From an uncultured delta proteobacterium (GTDB lineage: Bacteria > Myxococcota > Myxococcia > Myxococcales > 40CM-4-68-19), in contig CAIWCD010000002.1 in NCBI GenBank assembly GCA_903911145.1, positions 124,001 to 188,000 of the forward strand: a stretch of DNA of 64,000 nucleotides, given 5' to 3'. The first letter of the stretch is position 1; every line of letters begins with the position of its first letter. The notes under the pieces were generated by a model. The model worked only from the letters and a program-made list of their open reading frames with translations, made no database searches and was not told the DNA's origin. Shown here piece by piece: positions 9,591 to 19,508 of the stretch. The position numbers were made by a program, and so were the translations under genes.

Positions 9591-11319
9591 GCTCAGCCTC
9601 CAGGGCCAGCACGGCCGCACACGCTTGCGCTGCGACGACATCGGGCGCTGCGTTCGCATCGAGACGAACATCGGCGAGGCGTGCGTAGTGCGGATCGCGA
9701 GACTCGGCGAGCGCGCGCAGACGGCCCGCGACATCTCCCGCGAGCAGCGGCCGCGTCGCAGAATCGGAGGCCACGCGAGCAGCGCAGAGATCCGCGCCCA
9801 GAGCGAGCCAGAGGAGATGTCCGCTTCGGCGCACCGCGAGACGCACAGGCCGCGACGTGAGCGCGCCGCCGCCCAATGCGATCACGCAGCGCGATCCGAT
9901 CGCCAGCTCGCGCACGACTGCCGCTTCGCGCGAACGAAAGCCCGATTCTCCCTCGCGCGAAAAGATCTCCGCGATCGTCGCCCCGCTCGTCCGCTCGATC
10001 TCTGCGTCGACATCGGTGAACGGAAGATCAAGCTGGGCGGCCACGCGCGGCCCGAGCGTAGATTTTCCCGCGCCCGGAAGTCCGCAGAGAAAGACGTGCC
10101 CGGGCAGGAGCCGCGAACGACGCCACGCGCGCCGCAGCGCCGCATGCAGCTCGCTCATCGAATCGCCGCCGAGCTTTCCGAGCACCGCATCAGCGAGCGC
10201 GAGCGCCACCACGGCTTCACCCACCACGGCCGCCGCCGGCACCGCGCAGGTGTCGCTGCGCTCGACGTGAGCGCGGTCGCTTTCACCAGTGCGCAGGTCG
10301 ATCGAGCCGAGCGAAGCCGGCACCGTCGCGATCGGCTTCATCGCCGCGCGCAGCACCAGCGGCTCGCCGTTGCTCACGCCACCCTCGAGCCCACCCGCGT
10401 GGTTGCTCGATCGCGCAAACCCGCCACCAGCGCGGCCAATCGGATCATGCACCTGCGAGCCAAAGCTGGAACCCGCCTCCCAGCCGTCGCCGAGTTCGAC
10501 CGCCTTGATCGCGGGGATCGAGCAGAGCGCGCGAGAGAGAATTCCGTCGAGACGCAGATCGCTCTGCGCATAGCTGCCGAGGCCCGGCGGAACTCCGGTG
10601 ACGCGCACTTCGAAGTGACCGCCAATCGTGTCGCGCTTCGCCCGCGCGGCGTCGATCTGGCCCGCGAGGTTTTCCTGCGCCAGTGGGTCGAGGCAGCGAA
10701 CCTCGCTCTCATCGGCGCGCTCGCCGAGGGCCTGCGCATCTTCGCGCGCAAGCAGCGCGAGTTCGGCAGCGAGCGGCGCATCGAGCAGAGAGAGATCACG
10801 CGCACGCGCCGCGCCGATCGAGACCACATGCGAGCCGATGCGGACATCAAACTCGTCGAGCAGACGCCGCGCGACCGCGCCCAGAGCCACTCGCATCGCT
10901 GTCTCGCGCGCAGAGGCACGCTCGAGCGAGTTGCGCAGATCGCGATGGCCGAACTTGATCGCGCCCGAGAGATCGGCATGGCCGGGCCGCGGCAGCATGA
11001 CCTCCTTGCCTCTCGCCGACTCGTCTTCAACAGGCGCGATCGCCATCCGCGTACTCCACGCGCGTCCGTGATCAACGTTCTCGATCAGCAGCGCGAGCGG
11101 GCTCCCGAGCGTCTTTCCGTGCCGCACGCCCGAGAGGATCTTCGGCTCCTCGGGCTCGATCGCCATCCGGCCGCCGCGTCCGTAGCCGAGCTTGCGCCGC
11201 TGCAGATCGCGCGCGATCGCCTGGACGAGCAGCGCAAGGCCCGCGGGCAGTCCGTCGAGAATGCCCACCAGCGCAGGTCCGTGCGACTCGCCCGCGGTGA
11301 GAAAACGCAGCCCACTCAT
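9577..11319 (-). CDS. aroC: Chorismate synthase fused to C-terminal shikimate kinase
   Basis: TAGESHG, RPGHAD, ERASARET, GGLEGGVSNG, AMKPIAT, ERSD; then GLPGAGKST..D.D..IE..G..I.EIF..EGE..FR..E (AroK). Confidence 0.95.
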   Translation of the reverse strand: MSGLRFLTAGESHGPALVGILDGLPAGLALLVQAIARDLQRRKLGYGRGGRMAIEPEEPKILSGVRHGKTLGSPLALLIENVDHGRAWSTRMAIAPVEDESARGKEVMLPRPGHADLSGAIKFGHRDLRNSLERASARETAMRVALGAVARRLLDEFDVRIGSHVVSIGAARARDLSLLDAPLAAELALLAREDAQALGERADESEVRCLDPLAQENLAGQIDAARAKRDTIGGHFEVRVTGVPPGLGSYAQSDLRLDGILSRALCSIPAIKAVELGDGWEAGSSFGSQVHDPIGRAGGGFARSSNHAGGLEGGVSNGEPLVLRAAMKPIATVPASLGSIDLRTGESDRAHVERSDTCAVPAAAVVGEAVVALALADAVLGKLGGDSMSELHAALRRAWRRSRLLPGHVFLCGLPGAGKSTLGPRVAAQLDLPFTDVDAEIERTSGATIAEIFSREGESGFRSREAAVVRELAIGSRCVIALGGGALTSRPVRLAVRRSGHLLWLALGADLCAARVASDSATRPLLAGDVAGRLRALAESRDPHYARLADVRLDANAAPDVVAAQACAAVLALEAERVHA

Positions 11320-12186
11320 CTAGACCTCCGCATGCGGCGTGGCCGCGAGCGCAGCGGCGCGCAGTTCGGGGAAGAGCGACGAGAGAGAATCGCGGCGCAG
11401 CCAGATCGCGAGGCTCGCGAGCGCCTGGTGCACGAGCACGTCGATGCCGTCGATCACGACGAGACCACGAGCCCGCCCGCCCGCCACCAGAGCGGTCTCG
11501 CCGGGTTTCGTCCCGGCCGCTCCGGCGTAGACGAGGTCGACGACGGAACATGAAGCACCGAGCTGCGCGACGTCGATCAGCGCCTCGCTGCTGTTCATTC
11601 CGATGGTGGTGCAGTGGACGACGAGCTGCGCTCGCGAGAGGAGATCGCGCGAGGCGTCGGTATTGGGCGCTGCGCTTTCGGAGCGCGTGCCCGCAGCGCG
11701 AAGCTGCAGCGAGAGCGTGCGCGCTTTGCTCGCGTCGCGGTTGATCACGCTCACCTCGAAGGCTCGCCCGGCGAGCGCCATCGCCGCAGCCCGTGCGCTC
11801 CCACCCGCGCCCAGCACGACCGCGCGCACGCCATCGACGTTCACGCCGCGATCATGCAGCGCACGCAGGAGCCCGGTTCCGTCCGTGTTGTGCCCGACGA
11901 GTTGCCCATCCTCGTTCACCACGCAGTTCACCGCGCCGGCCAATTCCGCCTCGCGGGCCAGCCGATCGCAGAGCGCCGCGACGTTCGCCTTGTGCGGCAC
12001 CGTCACGTTGAATCCGGCCGCCGAGAGCGCGCGCAGCCCCGCGACCGCATCCTTCAGCTGGGCCGGCAGCACGCGGCACGGCGCATAGACCGCATCGACC
12101 GAGAGCAACTCGAACGCACGCGTGTGGATCGCGGGAGAGCGCGAGTGCGCGATCGGATCGCCGATCACGCAGAACAGTTTCTTCAC
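11320..12186 (-). CDS. aroE: Shikimate dehydrogenase
   Basis: VIGDPIAHSRSP, GFNVTVPHK, GAVN, GHNTDG, VLGAGGSARA, DLVY. Confidence 0.95.
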   Translation of the reverse strand: MKKLFCVIGDPIAHSRSPAIHTRAFELLSVDAVYAPCRVLPAQLKDAVAGLRALSAAGFNVTVPHKANVAALCDRLAREAELAGAVNCVVNEDGQLVGHNTDGTGLLRALHDRGVNVDGVRAVVLGAGGSARAAAMALAGRAFEVSVINRDASKARTLSLQLRAAGTRSESAAPNTDASRDLLSRAQLVVHCTTIGMNSSEALIDVAQLGASCSVVDLVYAGAAGTKPGETALVAGGRARGLVVIDGIDVLVHQALASLAIWLRRDSLSSLFPELRAAALAATPHAEV

Positions 12187-13685
12187 GGCAGCTGTTCCAC
12201 GCGCGCGCCGAGTTCGCCGAGCAGCGTGAAGAATCCCGGGAAGCTGACGTCGGCCCACTCTGCGCCGGAGATGATCGTCGGGCTGTCGGCGGCGAGCGCG
12301 GCCACCGAGAAGGCGAGCGCGATGCGGTGATCGTGAGCAGAGTCGATCTCCGCGCCGTGCAGCTTCTGGCCCTTCGCAAGACCCGCGAGGGCAAGACCGT
12401 CGGGCAGCTCTTGCACGTCGGTGCCCATCGCGCGCAGACCCGCGGCCATCTGCGCGAGCCGATCCGACTCCTTCACGCGCAGCTCCTGCGCGCCTCGAAT
12501 GACGGTCGGCCCTTGGGAGAGCGCACCGAGCACCGCGAGGATCGGGACCTCATCGATCGCGCGCAGCACCAGCGAGGCGTCGAGATCTGCGCCACGCAGC
12601 GGCTGCGACGAGATCGACAGCCGCGCGGTCGGCTCGCGAGCGTCGCCGAAGTTGCCCACGCCCGGCGCAGCGATCGGCGTCTTGCCGTCGTTGCTCGAGA
12701 GCGTCACGCGCGCACCGAAGCAGGCCAGCGCGTCGAGAAACCCTGCGCGCGTCGGGTTCACGCCGACGTGTTCGAGCGCGATCGCGCTGCCGTGCGGTCC
12801 AACGAGTGCGGCCGCGAGCAGGAACGCCGCCGTCGAGAGATCTCCCGGAACGTCGAGTGCGAATCGCTCGAGTCGCGCCGGCCCCCGCACCGTTGCAGTC
12901 GAGCCGCTCTGCCGCACCGGGACGCCGCAGGCACGCAGCATCCGCTCGGTGTGATCGCGGCTTCTCTCCGGCTCGGTGAACGACGTCTCGCCCTCGAGAA
13001 ACAGGCCAGCGAGCAGCACGGCACTCTTCACCTGCGCACTGGCGATCTGCGACTTCACCGCGCCCGCGCGCATCGAGGATGAGTCGCGCACAAGAAGTGG
13101 AGGCCGGCCGTCGGTGCTCGTCTCCACCTGCGCACCAAGCTCGCGCAGCGGACGCGCCACGCGCTCCATCGGGCGGCGAGAGAGCGACGCATCACCGATC
13201 AGCGACGCAGGAATTCGCGCGCCCGCGAGCAGACCCGCAAGCAGCCGCATCGTCGTGCCGGAGTTGCCGCAGTCGAGCGGACGCACCGGCGAAAGCAGCC
13301 CCGCGAGCCCGCCGCCGAGGACAATGGCGTCGTCCGGCCCCATGTCGAAATCGCGCGGAGGAAGATCGCGCGCGCCCCGCGGACGCGCGGGCCCGGAGAA
13401 GGTGACCTGCTCGTCGATCGACTCCAGCTCCCCGCCATCGTCGACGTTTCCCAGCGGCAGCCACGGTGTCCCATCGCCACGCAGCAGCGGCACACCGAGC
13501 TGCGCCAGGCAGCTGGTCGTCGAGCGCACGTCGTGTCCGCGCGCGAGCCCCGCGATCCGGCTCTCGCCCTCCGCGATGGCCGCGAGAATCAGCGCCCGGT
13601 GCGAAATGCTCTTGTCGCCGGGAACACGCAGCCCGCTCCCAGCATGGGTGAGCGGCTTCTTCAGCGGATGGATGCGGACGCGCAT
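12183..13685 (-). CDS. aroA: EPSP synthase
   Basis: PGDKSISHR, DCGNSGTTMRL, RPMERV, ASAQVKSA, IDEVP, ELRVKESDR, DHRIA. Confidence 0.96.
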   Translation of the reverse strand: MRVRIHPLKKPLTHAGSGLRVPGDKSISHRALILAAIAEGESRIAGLARGHDVRSTTSCLAQLGVPLLRGDGTPWLPLGNVDDGGELESIDEQVTFSGPARPRGARDLPPRDFDMGPDDAIVLGGGLAGLLSPVRPLDCGNSGTTMRLLAGLLAGARIPASLIGDASLSRRPMERVARPLRELGAQVETSTDGRPPLLVRDSSSMRAGAVKSQIASAQVKSAVLLAGLFLEGETSFTEPERSRDHTERMLRACGVPVRQSGSTATVRGPARLERFALDVPGDLSTAAFLLAAALVGPHGSAIALEHVGVNPTRAGFLDALACFGARVTLSSNDGKTPIAAPGVGNFGDAREPTARLSISSQPLRGADLDASLVLRAIDEVPILAVLGALSQGPTVIRGAQELRVKESDRLAQMAAGLRAMGTDVQELPDGLALAGLAKGQKLHGAEIDSAHDHRIALAFSVAALAADSPTIISGAEWADVSFPGFFTLLGELGARVEQLP

Positions 13686-13755
13686 GGTGTGGCCGTTTCG
13701 GTAATCGAGATTTGCGAAATTCGATAAAATCGATAACCCAGCAAGCAGTCGTTCT

Positions 13756-14790
13756 TCAGCGCGGCACGGGCCCCGGCAGCATCGAGCGACCCATCGCCTC
13801 CGCGATGCGGGAGACCTCGCGCATCAGCTCGTGGAACATCGGGAGCGTCAGCGACTGCATGCCATCGGAGAGCGCGCGATCGGGATCGGGATGGACCTCG
13901 ATGATGAGCCCATCCGCGCCCGCCGCGATCGCCGCCCGCGCCATTGGGAGCACGCCCGAGCGGATGCCGATGCCGTGCGAGGGATCGACGACGACCGGCA
14001 GGTGCGAGTGCGACTTGAGCATCGGGATCGCATTGAGATCGAGCGTATTGCGCGTCATCGTCTCGAAGGTGCGGATGCCGCGCTCGCAGAGGATGATCTG
14101 CTGGTTGCCGCGCGAGGCGATGTACTCGGCCGCCATCAGGAGCTCCTTGATGGTGGCGCTCATCCCGCGCTTGAGCAGCACGGGCTGGCGCAGATCGCCA
14201 ACCGCCTCGAGCAGCGAAAAGTTCTGCATGTTGCGCGCACCGATCTGAATCAGATCCGCGCTCGCGGCGACGGCCGGGAGAGTCTCGGTGTCCTTCACTT
14301 CGGTGACGACCTTGAGGCCCGTCTCCGCGCGCGCCAGCGAGAGCAGCTCGAGCCCCTTCTCCTTCATTCCCTGAAAGTCGTACGGCGAGGTGCGCGGCTT
14401 GTACGCGCCGCCTCTCAGAATGTTCGCGCCGCTCGCCGCGACACCGCGCGCGCACGAGAGGATCTGCTGCTCGCTCTCTACCGCGCAGGGGCCGGCCATG
14501 ACGATCAGTTCGCGGCCGCCGACAGCGACGCCCGCGACATTGACGATCGTGTCCTGGTGGCGCACCTCGCGCGAGACGAGCTTGTAGGGAACCGTGACGG
14601 GGATGCAGTCGGAGACGCCCTCGAGGAGCCGGAAGTTGCCCGGATCGATCGCGCCCTTGTTGCCGGTGATGCCGATGGCGGTTCGCCCCGCGCCCTCGAT
14701 GGCATGCGGCGTGAAGCCGAGCTCCCGCACTCGCGCAAGCACCCGCTCCTGCGCTTCCTTCGACACGTCCTGCTGCAGAACAATCAGCAT
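13756..14790 (-). CDS. aroF: DAHP synthase class I-beta with N-terminal ferredoxin/ACT-like regulatory domain
   Basis: [48 protein letters not shown] 14790 after AGGGAG. Confidence 0.95.
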   Translation of the reverse strand: MLIVLQQDVSKEAQERVLARVRELGFTPHAIEGAGRTAIGITGNKGAIDPGNFRLLEGVSDCIPVTVPYKLVSREVRHQDTIVNVAGVAVGGRELIVMAGPCAVESEQQILSCARGVAASGANILRGGAYKPRTSPYDFQGMKEKGLELLSLARAETGLKVVTEVKDTETLPAVAASADLIQIGARNMQNFSLLEAVGDLRQPVLLKRGMSATIKELLMAAEYIASRGNQQIILCERGIRTFETMTRNTLDLNAIPMLKSHSHLPVVVDPSHGIGIRSGVLPMARAAIAAGADGLIIEVHPDPDRALSDGMQSLTLPMFHELMREVSRIAEAMGRSMLPGPVPR

Positions 14791-14914
14791 GCAACTCCCT
14801 TGAGCGTTTTGAAGCGCGAGGCGATTCGGACCCGCCACTATCGCAAGATGCGGTCGCTGCGGCGAGTCCTACGAGAGCGAGCGCGCGCGGACGATCGTTT
14901 GAACACCAATCATT

Positions 14915-15871
14915 TCATCCCAGACGCACACCCGGTTTGAGCGGCCGGCCCGCGAGAAACGCCGCCGCCGCCATCCTCTTCTTCCCTTCCGGCTGCAGCT
15001 CGGTGATGCGCAACAGCGAGCCTTCGCCGCACGCGACATCGATTCCGTCTTTCGATGCACGAACGATCTCGCCCGCGCCAGGAGCGGCCCCGATGCTCGC
15101 CGCGGGATCTTGCGAGGAGTCGACAACCGCGCTCGCGTGAACTTTGAGTTGCTTGCCTTCGAGCAGCGTGAACGCGCCCGGCCAGGGCGTAAATCCACGC
15201 CGCCGCGCATCGATCTCTCTCGCGCTCCGCGTCCAGTCGATCTGCCCATCCTCGCGCGCGAGGATCGGCGCGAGCGTCGAACGCGCGTGGTCCTGCGGCG
15301 TGCGCGACAGCGTTCCCGCCTCGAGTTGCGCAAGGCCCTCGGCCAGAAGATCCGCCCCGAGCGCGCCCAGCCTGGTCAAGATCGATTCGCCGGTTTCATC
15401 GGGCGCAATCAGAAGCTCGCGCTGCAGCAGGATATCGCCGGTGTCGAGCCCTTCATCCATCTGCATCAGCGTCACGCCCGTCACGGGAAACTGCCGCGCG
15501 ATCGCCCACTGCGCCGGGGCCGCGCCGCGCAAGAGCGGCAAGAGCGATGCGTGCACGTTCAGGCAGCCGAGGCGCGGCGTCGAAAGCGCATCGAGCGGCA
15601 GGATGCGCCCATAGGCCGCGACGATCGCGACGTCGGGCTTGTGCTCGGCCAGCGCTGCAGCGAGCGCGCCGTTCTTTACTTTCAGCGGCTGCAAGACCGG
15701 AATCGCGTGCGCGAGTGCCCACTGCTTGCTCGGCGGCGGCTGCGGCTCGCCGGACCGCCCCACTGGCCGATCCGGCTGTGCGACGACGCAGACCAGCTCG
15801 CCCACGCGGGCACAGGTCTCGAGCAGCGGCAGTGTGAAATCAGGGGTGCCGAGAAACGCGATCCGCAGCAT
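14915..15871 (-). CDS. fmt: Methionyl-tRNA formyltransferase
   Basis: IAFLGTPDF, QPDRP.GR, AAYGRILP, NVHASLLP..RGAAP, MDEGLDTGD; AAGGAG RBS. Confidence 0.95.
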   Translation of the reverse strand: MLRIAFLGTPDFTLPLLETCARVGELVCVVAQPDRPVGRSGEPQPPPSKQWALAHAIPVLQPLKVKNGALAAALAEHKPDVAIVAAYGRILPLDALSTPRLGCLNVHASLLPLLRGAAPAQWAIARQFPVTGVTLMQMDEGLDTGDILLQRELLIAPDETGESILTRLGALGADLLAEGLAQLEAGTLSRTPQDHARSTLAPILAREDGQIDWTRSAREIDARRRGFTPWPGAFTLLEGKQLKVHASAVVDSSQDPAASIGAAPGAGEIVRASKDGIDVACGEGSLLRITELQPEGKKRMAAAAFLAGRPLKPGVRLG

Positions 15872-15991
15872 GGGTGTCTCCTTCTTGACAACGCCGTTTT
15901 GCTTCTCTACACGGGTCGGCGCTCCGCATCCGAGAGGTCGGCGCCGGGCGGCTGTTAGGGGTCCGTCCGTACACGAAGAAAGAAGCACAAC

Positions 15992-16198
15992 ATGGCAACT
16001 GGCACTGTGAAGTGGTTCAACGATGCGAAGGGGTTCGGCTTCATCACGCAGGATGGCGGCGGCGAGGATGTCTTCTGCCACCACTCTGCGATCCAGGCCG
16101 ATGGGTTTCGCTCGCTGGCCGAGGGGCAGAAGGTTGAGTTCGACGTGACGAAGGGCCCCAAGGGCCTCTCGGCGGCGAACGTCCGCAAGTCTGCTTAA
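15992..16198 (+). CDS. cspA: Cold-shock protein
   Basis: [35 protein letters not shown]. Confidence 0.95.
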   Translation: MATGTVKWFNDAKGFGFITQDGGGEDVFCHHSAIQADGFRSLAEGQKVEFDVTKGPKGLSAANVRKSA

Positions 16199-16226
16199 GA
16201 GGGCTTCTGCACCAACTCTTCCAATC

Positions 16227-16258
16227 GGGCCCCTGGTTCCTCGCGGAGCCGGGGGCTC
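16227..16258. terminator. GC-rich hairpin between convergent csp and ftsK
   Basis: GGGCCCCTGGTTCC-tcgc-GGAGCCGGGGGCTC; no clear U-tract. Confidence 0.5.
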
Positions 16259-16272
16259 GACTGCTTCGGGGT

Positions 16273-19200
16273 CTACGCGCCCGCGCCCGGCATCTCGCCG
16301 AGCGCGCGAATGAGCACCTCGCGCGGCTTGGCTCCATCTGCGGGTCCGACGATCCCGTCGCGCTCCATCCGCTCGATCATCCGGGCCGCGCGGTTGTATC
16401 CCACGCGCAGCTTGCGCTGGAGCAGCGAGATGGAGATGAAGCGCATGTCGGAGAGCGCCGCGAGCGCCTGGTCGTAGAGCTCGTCGGGCGCCTCGTCCTC
16501 CATCGCCTCGCCGCCTTCGCCGTCCTCGGCGCGCGGCTTGAGAATGTTCGGATCGTAGACGGGCGCGCCCTGCGCCTTCCAATGTTCCACGACGGCGTGG
16601 ATCTCTTTTTCGTCGACGTACGGACCATGCACGCGCGTGAGCAGCGAGGTGCCCGGCGGCACGATCAGCATGTCGCCCATGCCGAGCAGATTCTCCGCGC
16701 CCTGCTGGTTGATGATCGTCGACGAGTCGTGGCGGCTCGCCACCTGGAACGAGATGCGCGTCGGGAAGTTCGCCTTGATGACGCCCGTGACGACGTCGGT
16801 CGAGGGCCGCTGCGTCGCGACCATCAAGTGGATGCCGGCCGCGCGCGCCATCTGCGCCAGACGCGCGATGTACGTCTCCACCTCGCGCGAGGCGACCATC
16901 ATCAAGTCCGCGAGCTCGTCGATGATGATGACGATGAAGGGCAGCTTGCGCAGCGGCTCGGGGACGATCTCGGCGCCGATGTCGCGGCCACCGCCAGTGC
17001 CTTGCGCCTCCATCTCGTTGCGCAGCCACTCGGCCGTCGTCTGCGCCATCGCGCCCGCGCCGTTCGCCGCCGCGCCGCGCGAATCTTTTCCGCCGTGCAA
17101 CGCGCCCGGTCCATCCGCGAGGAAGGAGTTGCGCGCGGACGCACTGGACGTGGTCGGGCGCAAGCCGATCGAGTTGTCCTGCGCCGTCACTTCCCCGTTC
17201 GCGATGGCCGCCTGCATCTCGTGCACATCGAGCGACGGATCGGTCAGATCGATCACGCGCTTCTCTTTCGGCGGCTTCACCGGACGGCGCGCGTCCTCGC
17301 CCTCCTTCTCGACCTTCTTGTTGTAGCTCGTGATGTTGCGCACGCCGCACTCGGCGAGCAGCTGGTAGCGCCGCTCCATCTCCTCGACGGCCCATCGCAA
17401 GGCCATCGCGGCCTTCTTCGAATCGGTCACGACCGGCAGGAGCAGATGCGGAATTCCCTCGTAGACCGAGAGCTCGAGCATCTTCGGATCGACCATCAGG
17501 AAGCGCACTTCCTCGGGCGTCGCGCGCAACAGCATCGAGACGATCATCGAGTTGACCGCGACGCTCTTGCCCGAGCCGGTGGTGCCGGCGATCAGCACGT
17601 GCGGCATCTTCGCGAGGTCGACGATGTACGGCATTCCCTCGACGTCTTTGCCGAGGCACATGGCGAGCTTGCTCGGCGACTTCTGGAACGCGTCCTGCTC
17701 GACGAGCTCCTTCAAGACGACCGTCTGCCGCTTCTCGTTGGGGATCTCGATGCCGACGACGCCCTTGCCGGGGATGGGCGCGATGATGCGCACGCGCAGC
17801 GCCTTCATACCCATCGCGAGATCGTCAGAGAGCGACGAGATGCGCGAGACCTTCACGCCGGCCGCGGGGAGGAACTCGAACATCGTCACGACCGGACCGG
17901 GCCGGATCTGCGTGACCTGACCTTGAATGCCGTGCGAGGCGAGCGTCGCACGCAGCTTCTCGGCCGTGGCGGTGAGCGCGTCGCGATCGATCTGGATCGG
18001 CCCCTGCGCCTCGCCCGTGAGGATGTCGATGGGCGGCGCAGTGAACGCCGAGCGTCCGCCGAAGAGCGTGAACTCGCGCTTTGCCTCGACTTTGGGTTCG
18101 CCGGGAGCTGCCTTCGGACGCATCGGCAGATCGATCGTTGCTATGCCAATATTTGGTGTACCAACCTTTTTCTCGTCGAGCTTGGCGGCCGCACTGGGCG
18201 CGGTCGCGGCGGGCTTCGGCGGCGGACGCGGCTCGACGATGGTCGGCACCGACGCGCTGCCAAGCTCCTCGACCAGATCGATCGGCTTGCTGGTCGCAGC
18301 GGCCGCTTCCTTCACCGGGACGCTCTTGGCTGCGAGCTCCTTGGCTGCGCTCGGTGCTGTCGCCGAATCGCTCCCACCCGCGCCCAGCGCGGCCTTCTTC
18401 TTCTTCGCGATGGGCTCGACAATCGTCGGCGCGATCGGCAGCCGTGGATCCTGGGGGGCCTCGGCAGAGGCTGCCCGCTGGAGAATCGCCGCCTTCTCCT
18501 CGACTGCGCGCGAAGCCTTGCGCGACTTCTTCTCGTCGCCTGCGCCGTCCGCATCGCTCTCGGGCGCATCGTCGGAATCGCTCTCGGATTCGTCGTCGGC
18601 CGACTCGTCATCCCCATCGTCTGCAGCCGCAAGCGCCTCAGCCTCGGCATTCCGCGCTGCCCGTTCGCGCGCCAGATCGACCGCGCGGACAGCGCCTCGC
18701 ATCGCCATCGCACCACCCGCGATCGACATCCGACCCGCTACAGCCGCGGCCCGCAGCGCCCAGAGATCGGTCGCGACCACCAGCGCCGCCGCGGTCGCGG
18801 AGAAGAGCAAGAGCGTCGCGCCCACGGTGGAGAGCGAGCTGCGTAAGCTTGCCGCAAGCAGCGCACCGAGCACGCCGCCGGGCAGATGTCCCTGCAGATG
18901 CGAGCGCAAGAGCAGCGCGGCGAGAGACATCGTCCCGAACGCCACCGTGCCCCACGCAAGCGTCTTGGCGAGCGAGAGCCGCGGCCGCTCGGCCACAAGC
19001 GCGACCGCGCAGAGAAGGAGAAATCCAGCCGCTGCATAGGCTCCGACGCCGAGCGTCTCGAGCAACGTCGCCGAGAGGCCGTGACCGACCGGCCCCGCCC
19101 AGTTGCCCTCCATCGCGTGCGGCCGATAACTGACGAGCCCCGCGAGCACCAGCAGCGCGGTCCCTCCGAGGAGGATTCCCGAAACCGGCTTGAGCAGCCC

Positions 19201-19287
19201 TGGCTTGCCGCTCGGCGCTGGCCCCCGCTTCTCGCCCGCGGATTTGCCTGCACCCTTGCTCTTGCTCTTCGCGCGCGGCTTCGCCAT
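16273..19287 (-). CDS. ftsK: DNA translocase FtsK
   Basis: N-terminal TMs, long linker, PHVLIAGTTGSGKS, DPKMLEL, IIDELADLMM, ATQRPS, gamma domain LLQRKLRVGYNRAARMIE. Confidence 0.96.
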   Translation of the reverse strand: MAKPRAKSKSKGAGKSAGEKRGPAPSGKPGLLKPVSGILLGGTALLVLAGLVSYRPHAMEGNWAGPVGHGLSATLLETLGVGAYAAAGFLLLCAVALVAERPRLSLAKTLAWGTVAFGTMSLAALLLRSHLQGHLPGGVLGALLAASLRSSLSTVGATLLLFSATAAALVVATDLWALRAAAVAGRMSIAGGAMAMRGAVRAVDLARERAARNAEAEALAAADDGDDESADDESESDSDDAPESDADGAGDEKKSRKASRAVEEKAAILQRAASAEAPQDPRLPIAPTIVEPIAKKKKAALGAGGSDSATAPSAAKELAAKSVPVKEAAAATSKPIDLVEELGSASVPTIVEPRPPPKPAATAPSAAAKLDEKKVGTPNIGIATIDLPMRPKAAPGEPKVEAKREFTLFGGRSAFTAPPIDILTGEAQGPIQIDRDALTATAEKLRATLASHGIQGQVTQIRPGPVVTMFEFLPAAGVKVSRISSLSDDLAMGMKALRVRIIAPIPGKGVVGIEIPNEKRQTVVLKELVEQDAFQKSPSKLAMCLGKDVEGMPYIVDLAKMPHVLIAGTTGSGKSVAVNSMIVSMLLRATPEEVRFLMVDPKMLELSVYEGIPHLLLPVVTDSKKAAMALRWAVEEMERRYQLLAECGVRNITSYNKKVEKEGEDARRPVKPPKEKRVIDLTDPSLDVHEMQAAIANGEVTAQDNSIGLRPTTSSASARNSFLADGPGALHGGKDSRGAAANGAGAMAQTTAEWLRNEMEAQGTGGGRDIGAEIVPEPLRKLPFIVIIIDELADLMMVASREVETYIARLAQMARAAGIHLMVATQRPSTDVVTGVIKANFPTRISFQVASRHDSSTIINQQGAENLLGMGDMLIVPPGTSLLTRVHGPYVDEKEIHAVVEHWKAQGAPVYDPNILKPRAEDGEGGEAMEDEAPDELYDQALAALSDMRFISISLLQRKLRVGYNRAARMIERMERDGIVGPADGAKPREVLIRALGEMPGAGA

Positions 19288-19508
19288 CTCTTGTCTCCGC
19301 GAGTGCGAATGGGCAGCGCAAGGCTGTGCACAGCCGGTTCGCTCTCGGAGCGTCGACTGTAGGGCCGCTCCCGACGGGGTCAATTTTTCGCCCGGGAAAG
19401 TGCGCGCAGCTTTCCTTTACACGTCTGCGCGCGCGCCCTATTGTTCCGCGCCTTTTTCCAGTTGCTGCACGAGAGCGCTGCTGTTCTGCGCCCGACCGGG
19501 GAGTTCGC

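Noticed and set aside
16950..17320. Intein-like insertion in the FtsK motor
   Set aside because: No intein termini; falls in a known variable loop
14915..17659. 914-aa ORF as an Fmt fusion
   Set aside because: Upstream part overlaps csp and ftsK; fmt has its own RBS and ATG at 15871
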